DNA of 64,000 nt, taken from NCBI GenBank assembly GCA_964016885.1, contig OZ024740.1:347572001-347636000 (forward strand), read 5' to 3'. This DNA is from Eledone cirrhosa (lineage: Eukaryota). Position numbers and translations under genes: made by a program. Each line of letters begins with the position of its first letter. Position 1 is the first letter of the stretch. The notes under the pieces are model-generated. The model was given only the letters and a program-made list of their open reading frames with translations. It had not been told where the DNA came from and did no database searches. Below are positions 29,630 to 44,451 of the stretch, one piece after another.

Positions 29630-31477
29630 CCGATATTTGGAGAGAGTGCAAGTAAAACTCTTCAGTACAGGTTGATCACCCTGACAAAAGAATTGAGAGT
29701 TGTCAGCGAGGGAAGGAAATAAGTCTATAGATTTGAGATACAAATCAATAAATCTCACTGAGACATCGTGCCATTCTAGAGGAAATATGGGGTGAGAAAA
29801 AGATTGTCAACCAAGATGCAATGTGGTTAAAAGATCTCCGAACGAACTATTAGCCCTGCCTTATACCAAACATTTACAGCATGATGATACACTTGGGTCT
29901 GTGTCTGAAAAACTTCAAGATAACAAAGCACCTGGAAGAGATTTGATTGTCGTTATTGGTACGAAATGTGACTTTCTATCGGGTGTATCTTATCAACCTC
30001 TACCAATAAACTATGGTTGATAATAGCAGAGATAAATTTGACTCCCCAAAATAAAGATACCTACTTAGCAACTCGACTCGTGACATATTGCATGCCAGAA
30101 CCAAATGTATAAAATGATTAAATCTGTCTGAAACTATTTCTCCCGGAAACGTCATCACGGATGAGCAAGAGATTGGGCAGAAATTAATTTGAGGGTCTGC
30201 TGAGCAGCTCCAAATTAACATCATCAATGATATAAACTGCCTCTAATTAAAACGTAGACAGGTAGGCAGAGGATTGATATAATCCAAACAGCATTTGCGG
30301 GTCGTCTCATATCCATCCAACAACATCAGCGCATCACCAAGAGAAGAAGCTATGTTATACAAGTCTGTCTACATGAAACAGATATCATGAGAGTACGGAT
30401 GGAGCTCTTTGAGAAATCCTCCTTGCATGATTTTCAAAACCTCTAACCCATGGGAATAGCACTGCAATACCGCAACGAATTCGTGGATGCTTATCAGCAA
30501 AAAGTATGTAAGATTATGTTGCCAGAAAGCTTCAAGTTGAGAGTGATATAGATAAACAAAGTAGTCTATCTTGGACCAACAGCCGGCATATTATTTCTCA
30601 CTTTAAACGACATGCTTTTGAAATCCAAAAACGGGAAATAAGGACATACCTGACACACAAACTATATAGGGATGCAGGCGATACATCTAGATGTGACGCA
30701 AGATTCAGCGAGGATATCACTCACATCATAAACAGCTATCACCACGAAACTATCTACCAATGAGCCATGATGTAGTGACCAATACACTATATAATGCAAT
30801 GAGTATAAAGGGTAGTCATGGGAATAAAAATGAAAAGTTACAGTGACGTGGGGAGCATATGCTTGCATAACATGAAAAACCCCAATAAAATGCAAACATA
30901 ACAGACAAGATACAGTTATATGGAACAGTGAAATGAAGGCAAGCATAATAGTAGAAATCAGCTGCGCAGCAGATGTCAGTTTAATGCTAAATATTAATGA
31001 AAAGGAGAATGATTATGCTGAACTAATGTGAAATCTGCAGACTCTTCTTCTTGACTATATCTTTAGATTTGTACCTGTAATCATTGGGAATCTTGGATAT
31101 TTTAGCAATTGTTTCAGTACAAATATTGTGAAGCTGGGCTTCATAGAACCAGGATGGGCACGACTAGTTAGGAAGTTGCAATTAGTTGGAACTGTAAAAA
31201 TAAATGTATCATTTCAGAAATTCAGCAGGTATTAAATGGTTATACGTAAGTATAGATTCAGAAATATATGCAAGTGTACACATATAACTCCAAATATTCA
31301 GATGCACACATACAATAATATCTATACATACACACGTGCATACAAACGCATCCAGACATTCATACATATTTACCAAGTTGATGTTGTCTAAGATCCAATG
31401 AGTTTTCTTTCTGTTATAAACTAGCTGTCTCTTTCTATTGGTCAAAATTTATAAAATAATGAAACCAGGTGAACATA
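29630..31477 (+). mobile_element. Old degenerate R4/Dong LINE
   Basis: Colinear, heavily mutated homolog of 33600-36306; ends CCAGGTGAA-CATACATA. Confidence 0.8.
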
Positions 31478-31484
31478 CATACAC

Positions 31485-32742
31485 GATGGCTGCCCCCTCG
31501 TTATTGAGTATGGCCATTGCACAATATACCAATATTAATAATTATTAATTAATTCTACGTGCAATGCCTGTGCGTAAACATTTTTTTTTATAGTGAGGAA
31601 AGACTACGCTCTTAGCCCATCCCTTTCTCTGAGTGACAGTAGCTATAACCCGAAAAGAAGAAAATATCTACATCATCGGTAACTACTGAGCCACAGGTTT
31701 TATGTCGGAGTTATCCCAGTTTCCTGAATTGTCTTCTAGAAGAATGTCCTGATTAAGGCTAGGGGTCTTTCACTCCCAGTGGTTTAACCGCGTGATCGGA
31801 TATCAAACCAGACTATTTCGATTTCCCCGTGCATATACATACACCTGGACATATGCGTATCCACATATACATTTACATACCTATGTACATGTGTATACAC
31901 ATATTTACTCATTTTTGGACGGCCGTTGACTCTTATGAGTGCTTCCACCCTTTGTCAGGTTTTATTTTTTGTCCTGCAGGGTGTCCAAAATCACCCTTCT
32001 CACCAAGTAAACTTGCTGGGGTTGCCGGTTTAGTCGACGACGACCCGACCATGCGACAGATTATACTGAGTTAAATGTTATCAGTGGCACTCAAGAGTGG
32101 CCCGACATACATACATACATACATACATACATACATACATACATACATACATACATACATACATACATACATACATACATACATACATACGTACTTACAT
32201 ACTTACGTACTTACATACATGATGGTTGCAAACTCTGCTACAGTATTGCAATCGCTGGCCAAATTACAGAAAATGGTGCACTTTTAGACTACGGCCATCC
32301 ACACGAACCTGTAACAGATCTTGAACAGGCAATGCCTGTGCTTTGAAGGATTTTTAAGTGGAGAAAGGCCTTGTACTTGAGCAATCCCACTCCCTGAGCA
32401 TCGAAAATACTACCCGAAAAGGAGAACTGGTCAACATCATCGGATGCTTCCGAAGCCACGGTTTATTTTTTCAGAGTTTCCCTCTCCTAGAAAGGTGTTG
32501 TGACAACAACTGGGGGGCTTTCACTCCCAGGGGGAAAAAAGTACTATTTGGATAGCCGTTCACTCTGCTCATTTCCTCCACCCTTTGCCGGGTCTTGTAT
32601 TTTATCCCGCTGGATGTCCAAATATCACACTCATCACCAAGCAAGCTTGGTGTGGTTGCCGGTTTAGTCGGCGACGACCCGACTATGAGACAAGTTGTAC
32701 TGGGTTACATGTTACCAGTATCACTCGAGAGTGAACTGACAT
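31485..32742 (-). mobile_element. Cluster of three RTE-derived short elements separated by (CATA)n-like tracts
   Basis: 31485-31835, 31915-32105 and 32220-32742 share heads/tails with 13955-14085, 14117-14722 and 6855-7322. Confidence 0.6.
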
Positions 32743-32862
32743 ACATACATACATACATACATACATACATACATACATACATACAAACATACATACATAC
32801 ATACATACATACATACATACATACATACATACATACATACATACATACATACATACATACAT

Positions 32863-35800
32863 AAGATAAATATTATTAATTGTAAGTCCCCACAACAAAC
32901 ATGGGATCAACAACACGTGCTACAGGTCGCCATGCTACTAGACTTCCTAGCAGCCAGATCGAACAGAGCCTTGAAACAACTATGCCTGTAAGAAACTTGA
33001 CACCACCTGTACCATCTAAGTCTACATCGAATGCTGGGGAAAACACTATCGATAATAATAATAATCGAAGAAATAATAATAATAATCGAAGAAATTTTAC
33101 ACCACGTGTACCATCCGAGTCTACCTCGACTTTTGTGGAAAATACTATCGATAATGATAATAATCAAAAGTATAAACAATTGAAAATTTCCCTCAACGAA
33201 ATCTTCCAGAGAGAAATGAATTCATGTATAAATATTTCTCTTGCTGAACGTATTAAAACGACAATGTTTAATAAAAAACCAAATAATGAAATATTACGTG
33301 TTATTGACGAAATAGGGGATGAATATTTACGACGGATAAAAACCCCAATATTTTGGCAAATCAACGCCTGTTTTTATGCCTTAGCAACGACAGTGAAGCA
33401 TTATCTTGGTGATAGCAGAGATATTAACAAGAACAGAACACCACCAAAACTACCATCATATATAACTAAAATAGAAAAAAAGATTGCTGACCTACGAAAA
33501 ACCATAGGATATGTGACAATGCTCCTTACAGGCAAACAAACACAAAAAAACTCACTCCTCACCAACAAAGAGTGAAAAATAAAATAGAGACGATGTTTGG
33601 TAACAGTAGAACCAGCACACTTCAATATAAGTTGATCACCCTCAAACAAGAATTGAGAGCTGTTACCGAAAAACGCCGATACTTGAAGGTAAATGTGAGA
33701 AAAGTGCTTAATAAAAGATTCAGACGAAACCAAACATCAGTCTATAGCGATATGAAGAACAAAATGATAAGTGTCACTGAGACCCCATCCCAGAAAGATA
33801 GATTCCTGGGGTGAAAAGAAGAATTTCAACCAAGGTGCAGTGTGGCTAATAGAAATCCGAAAGAACTATTGCTCCTACACTACAACAAAAACATACGAAA
33901 TAAGTGAGGGTACCCTTGAGACTGTGATAGGAAAACTCCAAGATAAGAAAACACCAGGAAGAGACATGATTGTCAGCTACTGGTACAAAAACTGATATTC
34001 TATCGGAGGTATCTTACTGATCTCTACCAACAAGTTCTTAAGGGAGATACACGTATACCAGAATGGTTGACATTAGCACAAACATTACTGGTCCCCAAGA
34101 ACAAAGACACCCACTTGGCAAAAAACTACCGACCCATTGCATGCCAGAACCTGATGTATAAGATGTATACAGGCTGCCTGAACCTATTCCTCCAAGATCA
34201 CTGTGAAAATAATTATTTCTACTTTTTGGCACAAGGCCAGTAATTATCTCAGCGCATTACTGGTACTTTATCGACCCCGTAAGGATGAAAGGAAAAGTTA
34301 ACCTCAGCGGGATTTGAAATCAGACCATAAAGGGCCGTAACTCTTTGCTGCAAAGCATGGCGTCCGACCCTCTACCGATACTGCCAATCCACCCAACTTG
34401 CTCAAGTCACAGACATTATTGTCAGAGCCATAGAGAGGCTGTCTTATTATTCATTTTGTCATTAAACCCCTTGGCCTTTCTGCTCACGAGATGTGAGAGA
34501 TACATCATTGGCTCACAGGAGGACAGAAATACGAACCTAACCCATAATTTCTTTGTGGAGGACGATCTGAAACTCTATGCCAAGAACATGGATGGGATGA
34601 AGAAAAATCTTGACCTGGTTACAACGTTCTCAAAGGATATAGGAATGGAATTTGGCCAAGATAAATGCTCATACATGACTGTAAAGCGGAGAAAAGCAAC
34701 AACCTAATCTAGCAACATTGTCATCAATGGCCTAACTGTTTCATCGATATCTGATGAGGACTGCTACAGATACCTGGGGATAGATGAGAACATATCCTAT
34801 AATGGTATCTGTAATAAAGAACGCGTAACCAGGGAATACTACACCCGATTAAGAAAGAATTTGTCATCGGAACTATCTGCGCAAAACAAAACAGTGGCTC
34901 ACAATGTGTTTGCTGTGCCTGTCCTAACACCAACGATGGAATACTCAATTGGATGATATACGACATCCTAGCAGTTGATGTTGAAACTCGAAAAATACAA
35001 CACCGGACACTTCCACATCAACAGTGACATAGACCGTCTTTACTTGAAACGTAAGCAGGGAGGCAAGGGCCTAACAACAGTCCATATATGTCACATCATA
35101 GCTCTCCGACAACATCTACGAACCTCGAAGCGTAGGAGCCCGTCTCTCGAGCAAGTCTATCTGTAGATAAGATCATGAGAGTTGGGAAGGAACTCCTCGA
35201 GAGATATTCCCTGTGTGATAATCAAAAACTCACACCCAGGGAAGTCGCTCAGCAGTATCGCAGCGAATCCATGGATGAAAAACTGCATGCTTATCAGCAA
35301 AAAATTATGCATGGATATGTTGCCAGGAAGCTCCAGAGGGAGAGTAATATAGATAAGGAAAGTAGTCTATCTTGGACCAACAACCGCTATATTGGCTCCC
35401 ACTTAGAAGGATACGCTTTTGCAATCCAAGAACAGGAGATTAACACGAAATACCTGATTCACAAAAGAGATAGGGGGCGCAGGAAAAACGCCTAGATGTG
35501 ATAACAAGTGCAGACTCTGCAGAACTAACATCGAGGATATCACCCATGTCATCAGCAGCTGTCCAAAGATGTCATTGCGGTACTGTCTACCTATGAGGCA
35601 TGATTTAGTTGCCAAAACACTGTACAATGCAGTTCGTAAAAAAGATAGCCCCGATAATAAACACATTAAAAGCTACAGCAATGTGGAAGACATCCATGTA
35701 CATAATATGAAAGAGTACTGGTGGAATGTTCCAGTAAAAACCCCAATAAGATGCAGGCATAACAGACCAGATATTATGATATGGGACAGGGAGAAGAAAG

Positions 35801-36306
35801 CATTCACAGTAGTGGAAATTAGCTGCCCAACAGATGCCAATATAATATCAAAGATTAGCGAAAAGGAGAATATTTATGCAGAACTGATGAGAAATCTGCA
35901 GATACTCCACCCTGATTACACCTTCAGATTTATGCCTGTGATTATTGGGGCACTGGGGTATGTTAGTAAATGCCTCAATACAAATCTTGAGAAGCTAGGC
36001 TTCACAGGAACAGAAAGAACACAACTAGTTAGGAAATTATAAGAACAATCCATTAATGGAACAGTAAAAATAGCTAAAACATTCCACAGATGTTGCATCT
36101 AATAACTGCATATGCACATGTACAGATACAAAGCATATACACATGCACACATACAACTCAAAACATACACATCCATATCTACACATGCATACATAATCTA
36201 CCTAGTTGATGTTGTGTAAATTTCAATGAGAGAGTATTGTGTCTATATTAGAAACCGACTCTCTCTCTATTGGGAAAAAATTGTGAAATTATAAAACTAG
36301 AAGAAC
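32863..36306 (+). mobile_element. Near full-length, frameshifted R4/Dong LINE
   Basis: ORF start 32901, KTPGRD, NYRPIAC, RT active-site region FF.DDLKLY, CRLC..H..C knuckle, RPDI endonuclease; preceded and followed by (CATA)n. Confidence 0.92.
34213..34390 (-). mobile_element. SINE inserted in R4/Dong LINE
   Basis: Reverse complement of the SINE consensus interrupting the RT region. Confidence 0.82.
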
Positions 36307-36312
36307 ATACAT

Positions 36313-36510
36313 AATTGTTTCTACTTTTGGCACAAGGCCAGCAATTACCCAGTATTACTGGTACTTTATTTTATCGACCCCATAAGGATGAAAGGCAAAG
36401 TTAACCTCGGCGGGATTTGAACTCAGAATTGCAAGGTCGTAACTCTATGCCGTAACTCTATGCGTCAAAGCATGGCGTCCGACCCTCTAACGATACTGCC
36501 AATCCACCGC
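36313..36510 (-). mobile_element. SINE with target-site duplication
   Basis: Flanked by AGAAGAACATACATAAT on both sides. Confidence 0.85.
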
Positions 36511-36892
36511 CCAGAAGAACATACATAATGGCTGCAAATCAGTTTAGAGTAATGCCATCCCTTGATACGTAATCATGAGCATCACAGATGTGGCTTTTTA
36601 GTCGTTTTAGAGACTTGCCTATGGCCAGCAATACTATGCATCATAAAAAATGTCACATATCAAGCGATGTCTGTGTTTGAAGCTTTTTAAGTGAGTAAAG
36701 GCTTTTCACGGGGCCAATCCCGCTTTGAACATCAAATGCCCCAACAGAAGAACTGCTCTACATCATTCGATGCAAACAAAGTCACAAGTTTTATAGCAGA
36801 GTGACATTCTCTAAGAGAGATGTCTTAATGAAAACTAGGAGTCTCTTGCGCCACAAAAAAAATACATACATACATAAATACATAAATACATA

Positions 36893-39100
36893 CAAAGTGC
36901 TTAATAACAGATTCAGACGAAACCAAACATCAGTCGATAGAGATATCAAGAGCAAAATAATAAGTGTCACTGAGGCCCCATCCCAGAAAGACATAGATTC
37001 CTTTTTGGAGAAGAATATGGGGTGAAAAGAAGAATTACAACCAAGATGCAGTGTGGCTAAAAGAAATCCAAAAGAACTATTGCTCCTACACGGCAACAAA
37101 AACATACGAAATAAATGAGGATACCCTTGAGACTTCGACAGGAAAACTCCAAGATAAGAAAACGCCAGCAAGAGACATGATTGTCGGCTACTGGTACACA
37201 AAACTGATATTCTATCGGAGTTATCTTATCGACCTATACCAACAATTATTATCAAAGCCATAGAGAAGCAGTCTTCTTCTTTGGCTACTATCCTAAAACA
37301 GAGAAGGAGGAATCTATTTTCACTGATAAAATAGAATATCAGAGGTATATTTGAAGGAAACAGTTTCTCTGTGATACTATTTATCCTTTCATTAAACTCC
37401 TTTTCCTTTCTGCTCAAGAAATGTGAAGGATACATCATTGGCTTACGGGAGGAGAGAAATACGAACTTAACCCATAATTTCTTTCTGGATGATCTGAAAC
37501 TATATGCCAAGAACATGGATGGTATGAAGAAAATCTTGACCTGGTTACAACGTTCTCAAAGGATATAGGAATGGAGTTTGGCCAAGATAAATGCTCATAC
37601 ATGACTGTGAAGCGGGGAAAAGCAACAACCCAATCTAGCAACATTGTCATCAATAGCTTAACTGTTTCACCGATATCTGATGAGGACTGCTACAGATACC
37701 TGGGGATAGACGACAACATATGCTATAATGGTATCTGTAATAAGGAACGCGTAACTAGGGAATACTACACCCGATTAAGAAAGATATGGTCAGCGAAACT
37801 CTCTGCGAACAATAAAACAGTGGCTCACAATGTGTTTGCTGTGCCTGTCCTAACACCAACGTTTGGAATACTCAATTGGACGAAAGACGAATTCCGAGCA
37901 ATTGATGTTAAGACTCGAAAAATACTAAACAACACTGGAAACTTCCACATCAACAGTGACATAGACCGCCTCTACTTGAAACGTTAGCAGGGAGGCAGAG
38001 GCCTAACATCAGTCCAGACAGCTTTTGAATGTCGCATCATATCCCTCCGACACCATCTACGAACCTCGAAGCGTAGGATCCCGTCTCTCGAGCAAGTCTA
38101 TCTGCATGAGACAGATAAGATCATGAGAGTTGGGAAGGAACTCATTGAAAAGCATGCTCATCAGCAAAAAAATCATGCATGGATATGTTGCCAGGAAGCT
38201 CCAGAGTGAGAGTAATATAGATAAACAAACTAGTCTATATTGGACCAACAATCCTATATTGGCTCCCACTTTGAAGGATACGCTTTTACAATCCAAGAAC
38301 AGGAGATCAACACGAAATACCTGATCCACAAAAAAGATAGGAAGTCAGGCTAAACACCTAGATGTGACAACAAGTGCAGACTCTGCAGAATTAATATCGA
38401 AGATGTCATAAGCAGCTGTCCAAAGATGTCATCGCGGTACTATTTACCTATGAGGCATGATGTTGTGGCCAAAATACTGTACAATATAATCCGTAGAAAA
38501 GGTAGCCCCGATAATAAACACATTAAAAGCTACAGCAATGTGCCTTCAATCATTAGAATGAATTTTTTCTTAATTCATTCTGATGATTGAAGGCAGACAT
38601 AATAGGAAAGAGAACTGGTGAAATGCTCCAGTAAAAACCCAAATGAGATGCAGGCATTAAAGAACAGATATAAGGATATGGGACAGGGAAGAGAAGGCAT
38701 GTTCAGTAGTTGAGGTTAACTGTCCAGCAGATGCCAATATAATATTAAAGATTAGCGAAAAGGAGAATATCTATGCAGAACTAATGAGAAATCTGCAGAT
38801 GCTCCACCCTGATTATGCCTTCAGATTTATGCTGTGATTATTGGGGCACCGGGATATGTTAGTAACTGCCTCAGTACAACTCTTGTGAAGTTGGGCTTCA
38901 CAGAAAGAGATAGAACACGACTAGTTAGGAAATTACAAGTACAATCCAATAATAGAACAGTAAAAATATGTAAAACATTCCAAAAATTCTGCATCTAATA
39001 ACTCCATGTACACAGATACAAAGCATATCCACATGCACACATACAACTCAAAACATCCACATCCACATACAATCACATCCATACCTGCACACACATGCAT
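36893..39100 (+). mobile_element. 5'-truncated R4/Dong LINE
   Basis: FFLDDLKLYAK, GGRGL, CRLC; starts in a CATA tract at ~36863-36892. Confidence 0.9.
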
Positions 39101-39866
39101 GCACGCTGGGCTTCACAAAACCAGAAAGAACACGACTATGCATTAATAGAACAGTAAAAATATGTAAAACATACCACAAATTAGGCGTTTAATTATTGCA
39201 TGTACACTGTATGTATGCATGTATGAAGGGGCCTCGTTTGCCTTAAAAATGTGAGGGGGACAAACCAAGATTTGTTGTTTCTTAAAGGAGCATAAATTGT
39301 TTTATGGTGCCTTTCACAGAACCTATCACATAAGTAAAACTTTACGCTAATTAAATTGTATATATTCAAATGAAGTTCAGATATAAAAAATAAGCTTAAA
39401 AAGAATTTATTATATCAAATAAACAAAAAATAAAATATAGACGTTTGAAAAAGTGGCGGGGGACTTGTCCCCGGTACCCCTCTGAAACAAGGCCCTTGCA
39501 TGTATGTTTGTATGAATGTGTGTACGCATGTGTATATGTATCTACGTATGTATGTATATATGTATGTATGCATACATACATGTGTGTATGTATGTTCTTC
39601 TGGTTTTATAATTTTCATGAATATAGAGAGAGTCGGTTTCTAACATATACACAAGACTCTTTCCTTGAAATTTAGACATATGTGTACACAGACAGACACA
39701 CACACACATACACACATGCATACATATATATATATATATCTAAGGAAAAGTAATCGAAAACGCAACTGCAGTCTTTTAAGAATATCTATTTATTTATTTT
39801 ACCGGTAAAGGATATCACTTCTATTACTTTAACTTTTGTTTGTTTGTTTTTTAATAAAAAAAGACC

Positions 39867-40035
<169 letters not shown>

Positions 40036-40078
40036 GAAAGTATAGAAATTGTTGTGAGCGTGAAGCCAACAGTATTTC

Positions 40079-40123
<45 letters not shown>

Positions 40124-40599
40124 TTTCACTCTTGGCGAGAGAAGAATGAGTTACAGAGTCAACGTATCGGGCATGTTCTCTTCATCAGGAAAAACACAAA
40201 CGGAAAAGTGGAAAGGAAAGGAAATATTAAAAAGGTTGTTGAAATAAAATTATAAATAAAAAATAAAAAGAAAGTGGTGGGTGGGTGAGTGGTCAGGCCT
40301 GTGGGTGTGGGGATCAGTGGGAGGGTTGCAGACGTACAGTGAGTAGTAGTGTGCAAATGGCCTACATATTGCGATGCATGTGTGCGTGTGTGGGTGTTAA
40401 ATATGTTGTTGATGGAAGTGTGTGTTGTTAATGTGTGTACACATGCATCCACGAACGCATTTACGAACGCGCACTCAAACACACGCACGCACCTGTGCAC
40501 ACACGCACACACCTGTGACTCTTTGCGCGCAGTCGCACATGTATGTGAGGGTGTATATGTTAGTATGTGTGTTTCGAAGAGATGTGTGGTCGATGGTGC

Positions 40600-40649
<50 letters not shown>

Positions 40650-40699
40650 TATGTTCCGTAGTGTTGTAATATAAATATTACACACAGTAGATGGACAGC

Positions 40700-42780
40700 T
40701 CACGTAGAGTTTGCTCGACGGTTCAAGTTGTAGTTCCAAAAGTAATCCGGAGAAAAATAGAAGGATTTTAATGGATACAGTTTAGTTAAAAGGAATTTAT
40801 TGACACCTGTTTCTATAACAGTTACATAACCTGAAAACAACTGCTATCTACAAAGTATTAGTTATGCAGACATTCAATATTTCAATGTTATTATCAACTG
40901 TCATTTCATCGGAATAATTTTACTGAGGACCTGTTTGGTTTTTATAGAGAATGTTAGGAGGGAGGGGTGAAGTTGTTAGAAGAATAGTTGAGGGAGTGGT
41001 TTTTTGATAGCAGTGAGAATTTTTGGTGGCAGTGAGTAATTAGATTCCCATCTGTTGTTTTGACATTTTTATAGAATATATTATTGGTTATTTTTCTAAA
41101 TCTATAGAAGGATTAGAGATAGTATAGATATGAGTGGTTGGTTTTGTGTTTGCACTTAATTAACATTCAGACTTAAATTTTTCTTTCAAGTTTACGTATC
41201 CTTTCGCCCACGCATTCACACACAAACATATATGCACACCTCTACAAAATACATATACTCACATACACATACTTACATGCTCATATTTACATACATATAC
41301 ACATGCATACATATATATATACACATATATACATGTACATACATACCCGTTCATGTGTATACATTTTCATACTCAACTTATCTTTATATACACACGTATA
41401 GACACACATATATACACACATACTCCAGTCTATGTGTATATATATATATATATATATATAAACACTTTAATACATGAATACACTTACATCTAACTATACA
41501 CATCAAACATATATATATATTTACTTATTTATATACATTTTTCCCATATATATACATACTTATGGTCGCTTTTAGACACATTCATTATAGTATATTTGCA
41601 CCTATTCTCATCAGCATATCTTTCCATTATTAGTGTGGTAATTTAAGGTTATTAATATACATATATATGTTGAGAAGAGATTATTTTTATATTTTTCTAA
41701 CTAGATTGAGGTTTATATAGTTGGGGGGACGTCCCTCTTTTATGTAATATTCAGCTTGTAGTGAGAAAAAAGGGTTTTAGTTCGGTGACGGCAGAATAAT
41801 GTTCGTTCAATTCTGTTATTCAGCAATTTCCTCTTGTGTGTGATTATGTAATAGATCTCAAGATTACACAATTTGCAGAAATTTTGGCTCCTGGAAAAGC
41901 TTTGGGTTTTAGCTAATTTCTCCCATTTTAGGGTAAACTTTTGATCGCTATCCCTGAGCGTCCAAGCTTTTTCTGCTAAAGTTGTTACATTTCTTTGGCT
42001 CTGGTGTTTTATTGAGTAAGAATGCCTATATAATCGAGATTTAAACGATGTTGCTGTTGATCCCACGTAATACCACTCGTTGCCTCCGGATTTAATGGTA
42101 CACTTATAAATAATATTTTTTTCCAGGCAGTTATTACCGAGGGGGCAGTTGTCAGGATAGGTGCAGTTACAGTTGTGTACGTTGGGTTTTCTCTGGAGTA
42201 GTATTGCGGACGAACTTAGGTGTGGTTTATTTATGTTCTGTAGTGTATTGACTACTGTTTTTTTTGTGTTCTTTGTACTTAAGTTTTTAGTGTTTTCGTT
42301 TAACCTTCTAGTATTGATCTTTTTATGTGTTGTTCAAGGTTTAACGCTGTAGAGTATAACAGTCTTATAGTGGTAGGGTTTAGGATTTTGTGGTATTTGT
42401 GTGATGTAGGAAAATGTCTCTTAATTATTTTAAAGAAGAGTACTGGTAAATTTGTACTAATGGAACTATTGTATTCAGGGTTATACCATAAGTACTCTTT
42501 GCATCGCTTTCTATTAGTTTTGTTTGTTGGTTTACTGGTGTGTATACTATGGTAGTAAGTGTGGTTTGGTGTTGTGTTATTATATCTACCTATGTGGGAT
42601 TTATTTTGGGTGTTTTGATTATTCTCATCTATATACTCTATTTTGTTGAGGTAGCCTGCTTTACTAAGGGGGTTATCGTAGTACTCGGCGTGTTCCTTAA
42701 ATACTTGTATGTTAGAAGATAGACCCGAGATTCTAAGGGAAATATTTTTAGGGATAGATTTAATTATAGAGATATAATTA
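40700..42780 (-). mobile_element. Penelope-like (Naiad-type) 3' portion
   Basis: WYNP.YN motif, CNCTYPDNCPLGNNC (CxCx5Cx5C), IIYKC..YVGST GIY-YIG, CKLCNLE, CRH; hammerhead-like motif ~40795-40919. Confidence 0.88.
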
Positions 42781-42829
42781 ATTATATATATATATATATA
42801 TAATTAATTATATATATATATATATATAA

Positions 42830-42873
<44 letters not shown>

Positions 42874-43184
42874 AACCACATAAAGATTAGCCTCAAATTC
42901 TATATATATATTCATCATCTGTATTACTTTACAACTGAGCGTTTACATTATTGAATGACGAGATCCGCCAGGATGGAAACATGCTCGTTCCTAGCCTTAA
43001 TGTCTTCTGTTCTCTAAAGTTGTTTCCTTACTAGCGTTTCTTAAAACAAAAAGAACCCTTTCAGAAGGAATATTTCTCTTGACATTTTTTCCACTCAACT
43101 TTTCATATCATCTGTGAACGCCGGCATAGCAACTTGGGAAAGTGACTTTATCAAACACTGAAAACCATCATCGGATCTGACGGA

Positions 43185-43267
<83 letters not shown>

Positions 43268-43352
43268 AGATGAGACCTGTTATTTGTATCTAAAGACATT
43301 TTTTTCAATTCCAACCCGCCCGTACCTTCAATCTATCTCATTTCTCATTCTT

Positions 43353-43389
43353 TCTTCTGATGAAGGACTAGCGTCCGAAATGTTAAGAC
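43353..43389 (+). ncRNA. Minimal hammerhead-like motif
   Basis: CTGATGA-AGGAC-TAGC-GTCC-GAAATGTTAAGA; stem III weak. Confidence 0.55.
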
Positions 43390-43472
43390 CCTCTTCCTGC
43401 TATTTCAAGTGTTAACCTAACATATTCCTTCCATATACTGTACTGATTTTGTTGTTATTTCTGTTTACCTTT

Positions 43473-43526
<54 letters not shown>

Positions 43527-43836
43527 AAAGAATAGAGGTGTAACACACGAGTTGTGATATATTAGTAAAAGGAAAAGAAAATGCTGACAAATTGTTCCCA
43601 GTGAAAAATAGTTTAATTAGGAATAATTAAAAATTAGTAATAAGTATTGGTTAGTATTCAGTTTTAGTTTTAAGTGTTTACCGGTTGCGCATTTCTAATG
43701 CTTTTCAAAAATAATTTTGAGATAGAGCGCCCGTGATGTTTGCTCTAATCTGATCAGTTTTGGAAATTCTACCTGTTTTATGTGAAAAAAGTGGCTCCAG
43801 AGGTATTAAAATAAGTTTCGCGCCAATTTGTGTTGC

Positions 43837-43837
<1 letters not shown>

Positions 43838-43884
<47 letters not shown>

Positions 43885-44193
43885 ATATTTGTCTTAAAAG
43901 ACTTATTTTTCAGTGACTTCTCAATCAGGCGAAAAAGGACACTCTTCGACAAACCTACATTTGGCGCAAAATCAATTTTTAACATTCACGTGACCTCTAC
44001 CGACCAATCAAAATTGTTTTGACCACAAGAATTTGTGTTGCAAAAATTCTTGTGGTCAAAACAATTTTGATTGGTCGGTAGAGGTCACGTGAATGTTAAA
44101 AATTGATTTTGCGCCAAATGTAGGTTTGTCGAAGAGTGTCCTTTTTCGCCTGATTGAGAAGTCACTGAAAAATAAGTCTTTTAAGACAAATAT

Positions 44194-44248
<55 letters not shown>
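43838..44248. repeat. Near-perfect ~200-bp-arm palindrome
   Basis: Arms meet at a 9-nt spacer 44035-44043; identical peptides appear on both strands in the ORF track. Confidence 0.92.
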
Positions 44249-44250
<2 letters not shown>

Positions 44251-44359
44251 CAGATTAATTTGTGGTAGAGACATCAGTCAGTAGGAATGTGTCTCTACGT
44301 TTGTGGGGATATTTTAACGTGTTGAAAGATATTTTTCAGCTCTTGTCTTATACGGAGAA

Positions 44360-44390
<31 letters not shown>

Positions 44391-44420
44391 TCTCTTTGTA
44401 TGTTAGTGTACGCGTGTGTA

Positions 44421-44451
<31 letters not shown>

